From NCBI GenBank assembly GCA_041891055.1, contig CP169074.1, positions 1,088,001 through 1,152,000 on the forward strand: 64,000 nt of DNA. The letters are read 5' to 3'. Origin of the DNA: Halorutilales archaeon Cl-col2-1 (GTDB lineage Archaea; Halobacteriota; Halobacteria; Halobacteriales; Afararchaeaceae). Each line of letters opens with the position of its first letter. Positions within the stretch are counted from its first letter, which is position 1. The notes below the pieces were generated by a model that did not search any database, was not told the DNA's origin, and saw nothing but the letters and a program-made list of their open reading frames with translations. The position numbers and the translations under genes are program-made. This document shows positions 46,960-55,520 of this stretch, one piece after another.

Positions 46960-47118
46960 TCACGCTCCTATTACTGAGGGTCTTCCGAGGAACTCTAGGA
47001 AGTACACCCAGATCCAGAGGAAGACCAGTATTAAGAAGTATATTGCTACGAGCGTTGCTGTGCCTGATGGCGTGAAGTCGTCGTGTCCCAGCTCGCGTTC
47101 GATCTCCTCCGAGCTCAC
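46960..47118 (-). CDS. cbaD: ba3-type oxidase small subunit (IIa/CbaD-like), 52 aa; missing from the ORF track
   Basis: GTG start after GGGGGTGGT; MSSEEIERELGHDDFTPSGTATLVAIYFLILVFLWIWVYFLEFLGRPSVIGA with the P.GT...W...Y..F pattern. Confidence 0.8.
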   Translation of the reverse strand: MSSEEIERELGHDDFTPSGTATLVAIYFLILVFLWIWVYFLEFLGRPSVIGA

Positions 47119-47258
47119 GATACCACCCCCAAACTGTACTTGCGTCTGTGCAGCCGCATATTCTAGTCTTTGACCAACTGATACTTAAATCCTCCAGTCT
47201 GTTTTCAGAGGCTGGGAAAAATGCTTAAGTATATGACACCCGACCCTAACTAGTAAAC

Positions 47259-47447
47259 ATGGTAAGTTCACGCATAGTAGCTGTGATGGCGGCGGTAGCT
47301 GCCGCTCTGTTTGGCATAGCATACGCGACAACCACGTCGAGCCCCGCTACATACCTCTCGACAGTCAGCGTACTTCTCACGGGACTCAGCCTCTACCTTA
47401 TGTTCGGTCCCACAGAGGCGGAGAAGAAGGGTCTCTCGACGCACTAA
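47259..47447 (+). CDS. Small 2-TM membrane protein divergent from the cba operon
   Basis: 62 aa, two hydrophobic helices, TATA-like CTTAAGTA upstream. Confidence 0.65.
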   Translation: MVSSRIVAVMAAVAAALFGIAYATTTSSPATYLSTVSVLLTGLSLYLMFGPTEAEKKGLSTH

Positions 47448-47498
47448 GATAAGACGAGAAGTGCGCTTTCTTCATAGCCATCCTACCGAGAAAGCCTG

Positions 47499-48308
47499 AT
47501 GCTAGGACTCACAATAGGGTCTGACGGCGTCGGCTTAGCGCTCTTCTTTCTCATAGGACTCCTGGGTGGTGCACACTGTCTAGGTATGTGTGGACCCCTC
47601 GTGATGCTGTACTCGTCGAGGATAGACGAGAAGAAGAGCCACGACGCTCTGACCTTCTACGAGATACGTCAGCACGCTCTGTTTAACCTCGGACGTACGG
47701 TTAGCTACGCGGCTATAGGCGCGGCGATGGGTGTGCTCGGCACCGTTTTCTTCTCGTTCGGCGAGATAGCCGACATAGGCGAGTGGTTTCAGGCAGCGAC
47801 GGGGGTCGGAATAGGAGTTCTGATCGCAGTCTCAGGTGTGAGCTACGTCGTAGGAGGGTCGGGAGGAAGCTTCGACGTGACATCGACTACCGGAGGCGTC
47901 ATAGGACGCGCACTCGGGGCTCTCAAGGAACGTATAGACGAGAGGGTACAGGGACCCGGCATACTCGTCTTAGGTATGTTACACGGTCTGCTTCCGTGTC
48001 CCATAATCTATCCCGCCTACTTCTACGCATTCGGGACGGGATCACCCGTCGAGGGATTCGTCTACCTCGCTGTCCTTGGGCTCGGAACATTCCCGACACT
48101 CTTCGTCTACGGAACCTTCTTCCAGTCGCTCGGTGCCGAAAGACGCGCAAGCCTCCACAGGGTTCTCGGCGTCGTCTTCATAGTACTCGGATACATGACC
48201 TTCTCGATGGGTCTGAGCGCGATAGGTATCAGCCTCCCGAGCGTGATGCCGCCGTTCTACCAGCCGCTTGAGAGGTTCAGACAGCTGTGTGAGCCGATTC
48301 TAAACTAA
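47499..48308 (+). CDS. DsbD_2/TauE-like membrane protein (oxidase copper-maturation factor)
   Basis: GGAHCLGMCGP, NLGR..SY, GLLPCP..Y, LGT.P motifs. Confidence 0.85.
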   Translation: MLGLTIGSDGVGLALFFLIGLLGGAHCLGMCGPLVMLYSSRIDEKKSHDALTFYEIRQHALFNLGRTVSYAAIGAAMGVLGTVFFSFGEIADIGEWFQAATGVGIGVLIAVSGVSYVVGGSGGSFDVTSTTGGVIGRALGALKERIDERVQGPGILVLGMLHGLLPCPIIYPAYFYAFGTGSPVEGFVYLAVLGLGTFPTLFVYGTFFQSLGAERRASLHRVLGVVFIVLGYMTFSMGLSAIGISLPSVMPPFYQPLERFRQLCEPILN

Positions 48309-48325
48309 GCTAAGAGGGTGGTAAT

Positions 48326-50680
48326 ATCTCGAAAGTAAAGACAGAGACAGAAGAAGACTCCAACTCGTGTACACTCTGTGACCTCCCCACACCCGAGCCT
48401 CCGGTGACCGACGACGAGACGGAGGGCGAGTTCTGCTGCCGCGGCTGTCTCGAAGTCTACAAGGCGCTCGGAGACGTCGACCCCGACGAGGCGAGCGAAG
48501 AGCTAGTCGACGACGAGCCTGACGATATCGAAGGAGCCGAGACCGAGTTCCTCTCTGTCGAGGGCATGCACTGTTCGGCGTGTGAGGCGTTCATAGAGTC
48601 GAACGCGGTCGAGAAGGAGGGGGTCAAGACAGCCGAGGCGAGCTACGCCACCGACATGGTGAAGATGAGCTACGACCCCGACGAGGTCACGCCCGACGAT
48701 CTCCCCGGAGCCATAACCGGGATGGGGTACACGGCTCGGAGACAGGACGAGGAGGTCAGGGAGGACGAGAGGACGACACTCCTAGGACGTCTCTTGGTCG
48801 GAGGCTTCTTCGGAATGCTCGTGATGATGAGCTATGTCCTCTTCCTCTACCCCAAGTACCTCGGTCTCGACTCTCTCCTCTTGGAGAGCTTAGACACGAG
48901 CGCGGGAACCTACTTACTCGGAAACCTCTGGGTGATGACCTCGGTCGTCCTCTTCTACACGGGATTCCCGATACTCAGAGGAGCATACGTCAGCCTCAAG
49001 GCGGGACAGCCCAACATGGATCTCTTAGTCGCTCTCGCAGCCGTGAACGCTTACGTCTTCAGCAGTATCCGTCTCCTCTTAGGCGGCACAGACCTCTACT
49101 TCGACATCTCGGTAACCATAGTCATGGCTGTCATGGTAGGCAACTACTACGAGGACACTGTGAAGAAGAGGGCGGTCGAGGGTCTCTCGGATCTCACCTC
49201 GATACAGGTCAACGAGGCGACTCTGAGGAGAGACGGCGACCAGGAGAAAGTAAACGTCGACGAACTCGAACCCGGCGACGAAGTCGTCGTCAAGCCGGGA
49301 GAGAGAATACCTGTCGACGGGATCGTCTCCGAGGGGGTCGCGGCGGTAGACGAGTCGCTCATCACGGGTGAGTCGGTTCCCGTCACGAAGTCGGTGGGTG
49401 ACGAGGTCGTCGGAGGTGCTGTAGTGACAGACGCAAGCCTCGTCGTCGAGGTCGGGGACGATGTCACGAGCACACTCGACAGACTCGTCAACCTACTCTG
49501 GGACATACAGTCGTCGCGCACAGGCGTCCAGAGGCTTGCCGACAAGATAGCCGCCGTCTTCGTGCCTCTCGTCGTGACGGTAGCCGTCGTCGTCTTCGTA
49601 GCCAACATCGTGATGGGATCGGCTCCGACCTCCGCCTTCCTGACTTCTCTCGCAGTACTCGTCGTCTCGTGTCCGTGTGCACTCGGTCTCGCCACACCGC
49701 TCGCGGTTGCATCGGGGATGCGTGAGTCACTCGACAAGGGAATAGTGATAGCAGACGGCTCCGTCTTCGAGGACGCGGACGAGGCGGATGTCGTAGCCTT
49801 CGACAAGACGGGTACTCTCACGACGGGAGAGATGACTGTCGCCGACGTCCACGCCGACAGCCCCGACGAGGTAGCCGAGAGGGCATCGGGAGTCGAACAG
49901 TTCTCCGAACATCCGATAGCCGAGGCGGTCACCGAACACAGTAAGCCGAAGAGAGACGTCGAGGCGGACTCCTTCGAGCGTCACCCGGGCGAGGGGGTCA
50001 GCGGCGTCGTCGATACGGACAGGGTCGCGGCGGGAAGCCAAGACCTCTTCGGAAGCCTCGGCTGGGAGATAAGGAACGAGGATAACAGCCGCGCCGACGA
50101 GGTCGAGAGTAACGGTAACGTCGCCGTATTCGTGGGATGGGACGGCGAGTCGAAGGGCGTCATAGAGATCGGCGACAGCCTCAGAGACGGCTGGAAGGAC
50201 GTCCTCTCAGATCTGTCGGAGAGCCACGAGGTAGTCGTCATAACCGGCGACTCGTCGGGCGACCGTCTGAGGAGACACGGCTTCATAGACGAGGTCTTCG
50301 CGGGGGTACCGCCGGAGGCTAAGGTCGAGACTGTCGAGAGGCTCGACGGAACGAGCGTGATGGTGGGAGACGGAACCAACGACGCTCCCGCTCTCGCTAC
50401 CGCCGACTTAGGAATAGGAATGGGAGGCGGAACCGCCGCGGCGACAGACGCAGCCGACGCCGTCGTGACGACTGACAGTCTCGAAGACCTCACGAGCATC
50501 TTCAGGATAACACGTTCGACACGGTCGAGGATAAGACAGAACCTGGGGTGGGCTTTCCTCTACAACATCATAGCCATACCCGTCGCCGCGCTCGGCTACA
50601 TAAATCCGCTGTTCGCCGCGCTCGCTATGGCTGCGAGCTCTATAATAGTCGTGGTAAACTCATCACGTTCGATGGACTGA
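48326..50680 (+). CDS. Copper-translocating P1B-1 ATPase (FixI/CcoI-like)
   Basis: CTLC/CCRGC, GMHCSAC, TGES, CPC, DKTGT, HP, YN, MAASS motifs; frame open from 48314, but the first canonical start (GTG 48404) lies after the CTLC motif, so the start is uncertain (ATC 48326 proposed). Confidence 0.9.
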   Translation: MSKVKTETEEDSNSCTLCDLPTPEPPVTDDETEGEFCCRGCLEVYKALGDVDPDEASEELVDDEPDDIEGAETEFLSVEGMHCSACEAFIESNAVEKEGVKTAEASYATDMVKMSYDPDEVTPDDLPGAITGMGYTARRQDEEVREDERTTLLGRLLVGGFFGMLVMMSYVLFLYPKYLGLDSLLLESLDTSAGTYLLGNLWVMTSVVLFYTGFPILRGAYVSLKAGQPNMDLLVALAAVNAYVFSSIRLLLGGTDLYFDISVTIVMAVMVGNYYEDTVKKRAVEGLSDLTSIQVNEATLRRDGDQEKVNVDELEPGDEVVVKPGERIPVDGIVSEGVAAVDESLITGESVPVTKSVGDEVVGGAVVTDASLVVEVGDDVTSTLDRLVNLLWDIQSSRTGVQRLADKIAAVFVPLVVTVAVVVFVANIVMGSAPTSAFLTSLAVLVVSCPCALGLATPLAVASGMRESLDKGIVIADGSVFEDADEADVVAFDKTGTLTTGEMTVADVHADSPDEVAERASGVEQFSEHPIAEAVTEHSKPKRDVEADSFERHPGEGVSGVVDTDRVAAGSQDLFGSLGWEIRNEDNSRADEVESNGNVAVFVGWDGESKGVIEIGDSLRDGWKDVLSDLSESHEVVVITGDSSGDRLRRHGFIDEVFAGVPPEAKVETVERLDGTSVMVGDGTNDAPALATADLGIGMGGGTAAATDAADAVVTTDSLEDLTSIFRITRSTRSRIRQNLGWAFLYNIIAIPVAALGYINPLFAALAMAASSIIVVVNSSRSMD

Positions 50681-50690
50681 GTCAGCCGTG

Positions 50691-51035
50691 TCAGTCGCGG
50701 CTGTGAACCAGACGCGTCTCGAAGACGTAGTCGGAGTCGGCGTCTATCTCGACACAGATACCCTCGAAGTTGGTGTGGTACTCACGTGTATTTCTGGCGT
50801 CAGACCTGACGTCTATCTCGACCTCAACGACAGATGCTTCGACTAGACAGTCGAGCTTTCTGTACGTCGTTGAAAGAGGTATTCCCGACTCGTCGGATAT
50901 CTCACCCGCTGTGAGACTCGACGGCGTGTCAACTCCTTCAGTCGTCTCACGTATGACCGAGAGTATCTCACGGCAGTCGGGGTCAGTAAGAGCATCCAGA
51001 ACTTCCTGAACGCCTGTCTGTGTCGTGTTAGGCAT
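50691..51035 (-). CDS. Winged-helix (ArsR/HTH_20-like) transcriptional regulator
   Basis: VLDAL.DPDCR.IL, TA.EIS....IPLSTTYRKL..L motif. Confidence 0.85.
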   Translation of the reverse strand: MPNTTQTGVQEVLDALTDPDCREILSVIRETTEGVDTPSSLTAGEISDESGIPLSTTYRKLDCLVEASVVEVEIDVRSDARNTREYHTNFEGICVEIDADSDYVFETRLVHSRD

Positions 51036-51144
51036 TCGGCTAAAGGTACGTTACACAGGGTAATGAGTCGAACGGTCGGTGACTGACTTTCAACGCATGT
51101 ACCACAAGAAAGAACCGACCTACATAAGTCGTGAGACGTCGTAT

Positions 51145-52605
51145 ATGAATGAGATGACGAGACTCCGAGTAAGAGGTATCTATACCACAGCACTCACAAA
51201 GATGTTTCTCGATGAGGGCTACAATGTGGTCGACGTCTCAGAGGCGATAGACAGGAGGTTCAACGCCGACTTCGACGACGCGCGACCCGACGTGACGGTC
51301 GAGACCACCTACGACTCACAGGGTCTGAGACTGTCGGGTGACGCCACCTATGTCGACGGGGTCTCAGATCTGATCGCCGGCATCGGACGTGACGTCTTCG
51401 TCTGGGACTCCGACCATCCAAAAGGGGCGGTCTACAATACCGAGGTTACCGAGACGATCAGGAGCGGCGCAGTCGTCTCAGTTCCCGACGCCGACTCCGA
51501 CGGATTCCTCCCCTACTCGAACTCCGACGAACACATAGACGAGGGCGACAGGCTCAGGGTTACGGTAGTGAACCCCGAACCCCCGTGGTCCTCAAGAAAG
51601 CCCGGAGTCTCGACTGGGATACGTGTCGAGGGTGAACTCCTCGACATGTCGAGAGACGCAGAGTCGAAGACCGAGTTCGAGGGACTCCGCAGGCGTGAAC
51701 GAAACGAGGTTTCGAGGATCGCAGACATGCTAGGACTCTCACCTCCCGACGGCTGGGGAACCATCTGGAAGTCGAGGTCAGCGGATGCGGAGATGTCGGA
51801 GATAGGGGCTGAAGCCGAGGAACTCATCGAACGTGCCAAGAGTATCGAGTCGGCGGTCTCCGACGCTCCGAAACCCGAGAACGGTTCCCCCCTCGAAGTA
51901 CACACGTCCGACTCCAAGACGGTCTGGATCTGGTTTGGACGTGACGCACGTTCCGAACTCGACGAGATTAGACACGAGGTCACGACGACCACCGAAGGAC
52001 ACCACAGAATAAAGGCAGGGTCGGGAGACGCGTCGGCAGCAGTCGACTTCTTCGAGGCGGTACACGGGAGACACGGCGAGTTTCCGTTCGAGGGGGTCGT
52101 CGAGGCGTTCGGACCCAGCGAGGGCGACGAGGTCAACATCGTACACGGAAAGCCCGACGGAAGACGGATAGAGCTCGGAGACGCCGAGGTGGTATCCGTC
52201 GAATACGAGGAGGAGTCCATCGTAGTCGAGAGACGGATGTCGGCAAGGGGAGACTACGACGAGCTTGACGTCGAGAAAGAGAAGGGGGACGTCGCAGTCA
52301 CACGGTTCACCGAGGGAAGTCCCTACTATACGACCGTCTACACAGACGAAGACGGCGAGGAGAAGGGTGCCTACATCAATATCTCCACGGAGGTCGAGGT
52401 CTTTCCCGACAGGGTTAGATACGTCGATCTCCACGTCGACGTCGTGAGACGTAACGACGGAAAGGTCGAAACCGTCGACGAGCCTCTTCTGCGCGAGTCG
52501 GTCGAGGAGGGACACGTCCCGGAAGAGTTAGCCGAGACGGCAGTCGATGTCGCCGAGGAAGTAGAAGAGAAGATCAAAGACCAAGAAGAACTACTCAGTA
52601 GATAA
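51145..52605 (+). CDS. fau-1: RNA-binding protein / RNase FAU-1 (S1 + DUF402)
   Basis: RVRGIYTTALT, GHHRIKA, HGKPDG, G.Y.NI.T..E...YVDLHVDV; start 51145 or 51154. Confidence 0.9.
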   Translation: MNEMTRLRVRGIYTTALTKMFLDEGYNVVDVSEAIDRRFNADFDDARPDVTVETTYDSQGLRLSGDATYVDGVSDLIAGIGRDVFVWDSDHPKGAVYNTEVTETIRSGAVVSVPDADSDGFLPYSNSDEHIDEGDRLRVTVVNPEPPWSSRKPGVSTGIRVEGELLDMSRDAESKTEFEGLRRRERNEVSRIADMLGLSPPDGWGTIWKSRSADAEMSEIGAEAEELIERAKSIESAVSDAPKPENGSPLEVHTSDSKTVWIWFGRDARSELDEIRHEVTTTTEGHHRIKAGSGDASAAVDFFEAVHGRHGEFPFEGVVEAFGPSEGDEVNIVHGKPDGRRIELGDAEVVSVEYEEESIVVERRMSARGDYDELDVEKEKGDVAVTRFTEGSPYYTTVYTDEDGEEKGAYINISTEVEVFPDRVRYVDLHVDVVRRNDGKVETVDEPLLRESVEEGHVPEELAETAVDVAEEVEEKIKDQEELLSR

Positions 52606-52608
52606 AGT

Positions 52609-53217
52609 ATGAGTATGCGCGTCATAAACCTCGCTGAAGACGTCGAAGTCTTCACCTCGAACGCCTACCTCGTGCTCGGTGACAGTAGTACCGACCTCGT
52701 AGACGTGGGCTCGTTCCCCGGCGTAGAGGAGGAGATACGCGAGTACGCTGACGACATTGACTCCGTCTACCTCACACACGGACACTCCGACCACGTCGGT
52801 AACCTCGACGAGGTAATAGACGGGTTCGACGCCGACGTCTACGCCTACGACTACTCGGGAGCCGAGGAAGTCAGAGACTGTGACGAGGTCGAGATAGGCG
52901 ACGAGAGCTTCGAGGTCGTCTACACGCCGGGGCACGCCGACGACCACGTGACTTTCGTGGGTGAGGAGACTGTCTTCAGCGGCGACGTATTCGTCTACAA
53001 CGACGGCGCGTACGACGACGGAAGCTTCGGCAGAACCGACATGGCGGGTCAGTCACGTGAGACACTCATCGAGAGTCTGCGCCGTGTGATCGACCGTCTT
53101 CCCGAGACCGCCGAAAGCCTCTATCCGGGACACGGCGACGAGTTCCACGGCGAAATAAGTGAGGTAGTCGAGAGGGCACTCGAAAGAGCCGAGCGACGTG
53201 AGCCTAAGTACCAATGA
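52609..53217 (+). CDS. Metallo-beta-lactamase fold hydrolase
   Basis: THGHSDH, TPGH, SGD, PGHG motifs. Confidence 0.92.
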   Translation: MSMRVINLAEDVEVFTSNAYLVLGDSSTDLVDVGSFPGVEEEIREYADDIDSVYLTHGHSDHVGNLDEVIDGFDADVYAYDYSGAEEVRDCDEVEIGDESFEVVYTPGHADDHVTFVGEETVFSGDVFVYNDGAYDDGSFGRTDMAGQSRETLIESLRRVIDRLPETAESLYPGHGDEFHGEISEVVERALERAERREPKYQ

Positions 53218-54277
53218 GTCGACTGTAGATTCTTCGGCATCTTCTCAGAACACTGAGACTCACGCTCTCGTCTGCGGTGTGTGCCTCGCCCCTCTCCGCC
53301 GCGCCACAGACTACACAGTCGGTACCAGCGCGTGATAGCCAGCCTGCGTCGGTGGCGTGAGGCTTGACGACTGCGTCTGGATCTCGATCGGTCTCATCTG
53401 AGTCGGAGGAGGCTGCGAGAACCGACGAGACGAAGTCGTCGTCGTCACACTCCATCGCTGGAACCTCCGAGACGACGTCCGACTCCAGCCCTGAGACGGG
53501 TTCCAGACCCTGAGTACGTGGGACGGTTCTCTCGTCGACGGTGAATCTACACGTCTCAGGTATGACGTTCGACGCGCCGTCGACGTTCGACTCGATACGC
53601 GTCACTGCGGCGGTTCCGGATATCTCCTCACCCGCGACCTCGACAGTCTCGAAGCCGTAGTTCCTTACCTCCTCGACGCCGGCGAGAGCCTCGTAGACGG
53701 CGTTGACAGCCTCGTCGGGCTGGCTAGCGTGTCCCGACTCTCCTCTCGCAGTCAACTCCCACTCACGTCTTCCCCTGTGGGCGACTCCGACGTCGACGGT
53801 TCGTGGCGACGAGTATCCCGTCGAGCCCTCGACGACGACCGCGCGGTCGGGTGAGACTCCGTTCTCTACTGCGTGTCTCGCGCCTATGCCGCCTTTCTCC
53901 TCTCCGACGAAGCTACACAGGAGAACCTCGGAGGACGGATCGGCGTCACCGAATCCGAGCATCGCGGCGGCGAGCGATCCCTTCATGTCGGCAGTTCCCC
54001 TGCCGTAGAGTCTTCCGTCTCTCTTATCGACGACGAAGCTTCCGTCCTCGATCTGACTCTCGTCGGGGGGCACGACGTCGTGGTGTCCGACGAGTCCGAG
54101 GGACGGACTGCCCTCTCCCTTCCGAGCTATGACGTTTCCGACGGCGTCACGTTCTACTTCGGCGTCTGTCTCACGTCTGAGCCACGACTCGACTAAGTCG
54201 CCCGTCTCTTCCTCGCCGCAGTCGTCTCCAACACCGACGGTAACGAGACGTCTCGTGAGGCTCTCGACCTCGTCCAT
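53204..54277 (-). CDS. M20 family metallopeptidase (ArgE/DapE-like deacylase)
   Basis: GHHDVV, GRGTADMKG, GEE, GHAS.P, AHTADE motifs. Confidence 0.9.
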   Translation of the reverse strand: MDEVESLTRRLVTVGVGDDCGEEETGDLVESWLRRETDAEVERDAVGNVIARKGEGSPSLGLVGHHDVVPPDESQIEDGSFVVDKRDGRLYGRGTADMKGSLAAAMLGFGDADPSSEVLLCSFVGEEKGGIGARHAVENGVSPDRAVVVEGSTGYSSPRTVDVGVAHRGRREWELTARGESGHASQPDEAVNAVYEALAGVEEVRNYGFETVEVAGEEISGTAAVTRIESNVDGASNVIPETCRFTVDERTVPRTQGLEPVSGLESDVVSEVPAMECDDDDFVSSVLAASSDSDETDRDPDAVVKPHATDAGWLSRAGTDCVVCGAAERGEAHTADESVSLSVLRRCRRIYSRLIGT

Positions 54278-54283
54278 CTCGGT

Positions 54284-54760
54284 CTAACCTGCTTCTTCGA
54301 CTGCGTCTTTTATCTCGTCGAAGTCGGGTAGTACGCTCGGATCGTCCGAGACCCATCTGTATACTACCTCTCGGTCGTCGATAACGAAGACGCTCCTCTT
54401 AGCTAAGCCGTGAAGTCCCGCGAGTTCCTCCATCCTGACGCCGTATTCGTCTATGACCTCCTTGTCGAAGTCACTGAGTAGAGGAAAGTTGAGGTCATTC
54501 TCGTCACGGAAGGCGTTGAGAGCGAAGGGCGTGTCGACGCTTACGCCGTAGACTTCGGCTCCGAGATCCTCGAACTCCGAGAGTGAGTCCCTCATCTCAC
54601 ACATCTCGTCGGTACAGACGGGTGTGAAAGCACCGGGGAAGAAGGCGAGGACGACAGTTCCGTCGGTGTCTTCGAGGTCGAACTCGCCGACATCTCCGTC
54701 AGCCATGGGTACTCTGAACGTCGGTGCTGTGTCTCCTTCTTGAGGCGGTGAGTCTGCCAT
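54284..54760 (-). CDS. Peroxiredoxin (AhpC/TSA, BCP-like)
   Basis: FFPGAFTPVCTDEMC, GVSVD, LLSD motifs. Confidence 0.93.
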   Translation of the reverse strand: MADSPPQEGDTAPTFRVPMADGDVGEFDLEDTDGTVVLAFFPGAFTPVCTDEMCEMRDSLSEFEDLGAEVYGVSVDTPFALNAFRDENDLNFPLLSDFDKEVIDEYGVRMEELAGLHGLAKRSVFVIDDREVVYRWVSDDPSVLPDFDEIKDAVEEAG

Positions 54761-54800
54761 ACTCCCAAGACGAGCTACAGATACATAGGGTTAGGGTCGG

Positions 54801-54911
54801 TCAGTCCTTGAGTCCCCTCTTGAAGTCGACGACTACGCGGCGTATCAGAAGCCCGAGTATGAGAACGACTACGACGACTGTTCCTATCACGACGTAGTCG
54901 ATGATGTTCAT
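54801..54911 (-). CDS. 36-aa single-TM microprotein; missing from the ORF track
   Basis: MNIIDYVVIGTVVVVVLILGLLIRRVVVDFKRGLKD*; fills an otherwise empty gap and has positive-inside topology. Confidence 0.7.
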   Translation of the reverse strand: MNIIDYVVIGTVVVVVLILGLLIRRVVVDFKRGLKD

Positions 54912-54951
54912 ACTCCGTAGACGTCTCGGCGGAAGATAACTCTGTTGGGTC

Positions 54952-55455
54952 TTAGCCCGAGAGCTCTATGAGTGTCTCACGGCTTCGGCTTTCGAGACTC
55001 ACGACCCCGCCCTCGTAGTCGCCGTCTTCTACCTCTATCTCGGCGTAGGTGGGAGGCGATCCCCGGGGACGCGTCGGACTTCCGGGGTTGAGAAGATCCA
55101 CACCGCGAGACGAGAAAGACGGGGTGTGGGAGTGTCCGTAGACCACGAGGTCGGCGTCGGTCTCCATCGCCGCGTACTCGAGCTCGTGTGACGACGAGAT
55201 ACGGTGTCCGTGGAGTACTCCAACGCGGAGTCCCTCGACCTCGAAGACACGTCTCCTCGGAAGGTTCGTCTTTAAGGCGTCGTCGTCGGCGTTTCCGTGT
55301 ACAGCCACTAAGCTGTCGGAGTCGGAGACGAAGCCGTCGTAGACCTCCTCGGAGACGAAGTCGCCCGCGTGGACGACGTAGTCGGCGTCGTCGACCGGGA
55401 CGGAGTGGTCGTACTCCCTGAGATGGGTGTCGGATGTGATGACTACCTTCTCCAT
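54952..55455 (-). CDS. Calcineurin-like metallophosphoesterase (YfcE/Vps29-like)
   Basis: SDTH, HAGD, GNAD, HGH, GHSH, NPGS motifs; start trimmed to MEKVV. Confidence 0.92.
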   Translation of the reverse strand: MEKVVITSDTHLREYDHSVPVDDADYVVHAGDFVSEEVYDGFVSDSDSLVAVHGNADDDALKTNLPRRRVFEVEGLRVGVLHGHRISSSHELEYAAMETDADLVVYGHSHTPSFSSRGVDLLNPGSPTRPRGSPPTYAEIEVEDGDYEGGVVSLESRSRETLIELSG

Positions 55456-55520
55456 ACGGAGGGTTTTCTTCTCAAACACTAAACCTAAACCTATTTCTCC
55501 GAAGGCATACTACGCCTGCC

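Noticed and set aside
47243-47257. ACCCTAACTAGTAAA near the cba divergent promoter as a Bat UAS
   Set aside because: Needs a gap, lacks the TTNGG half, and lies downstream of the TATA box.
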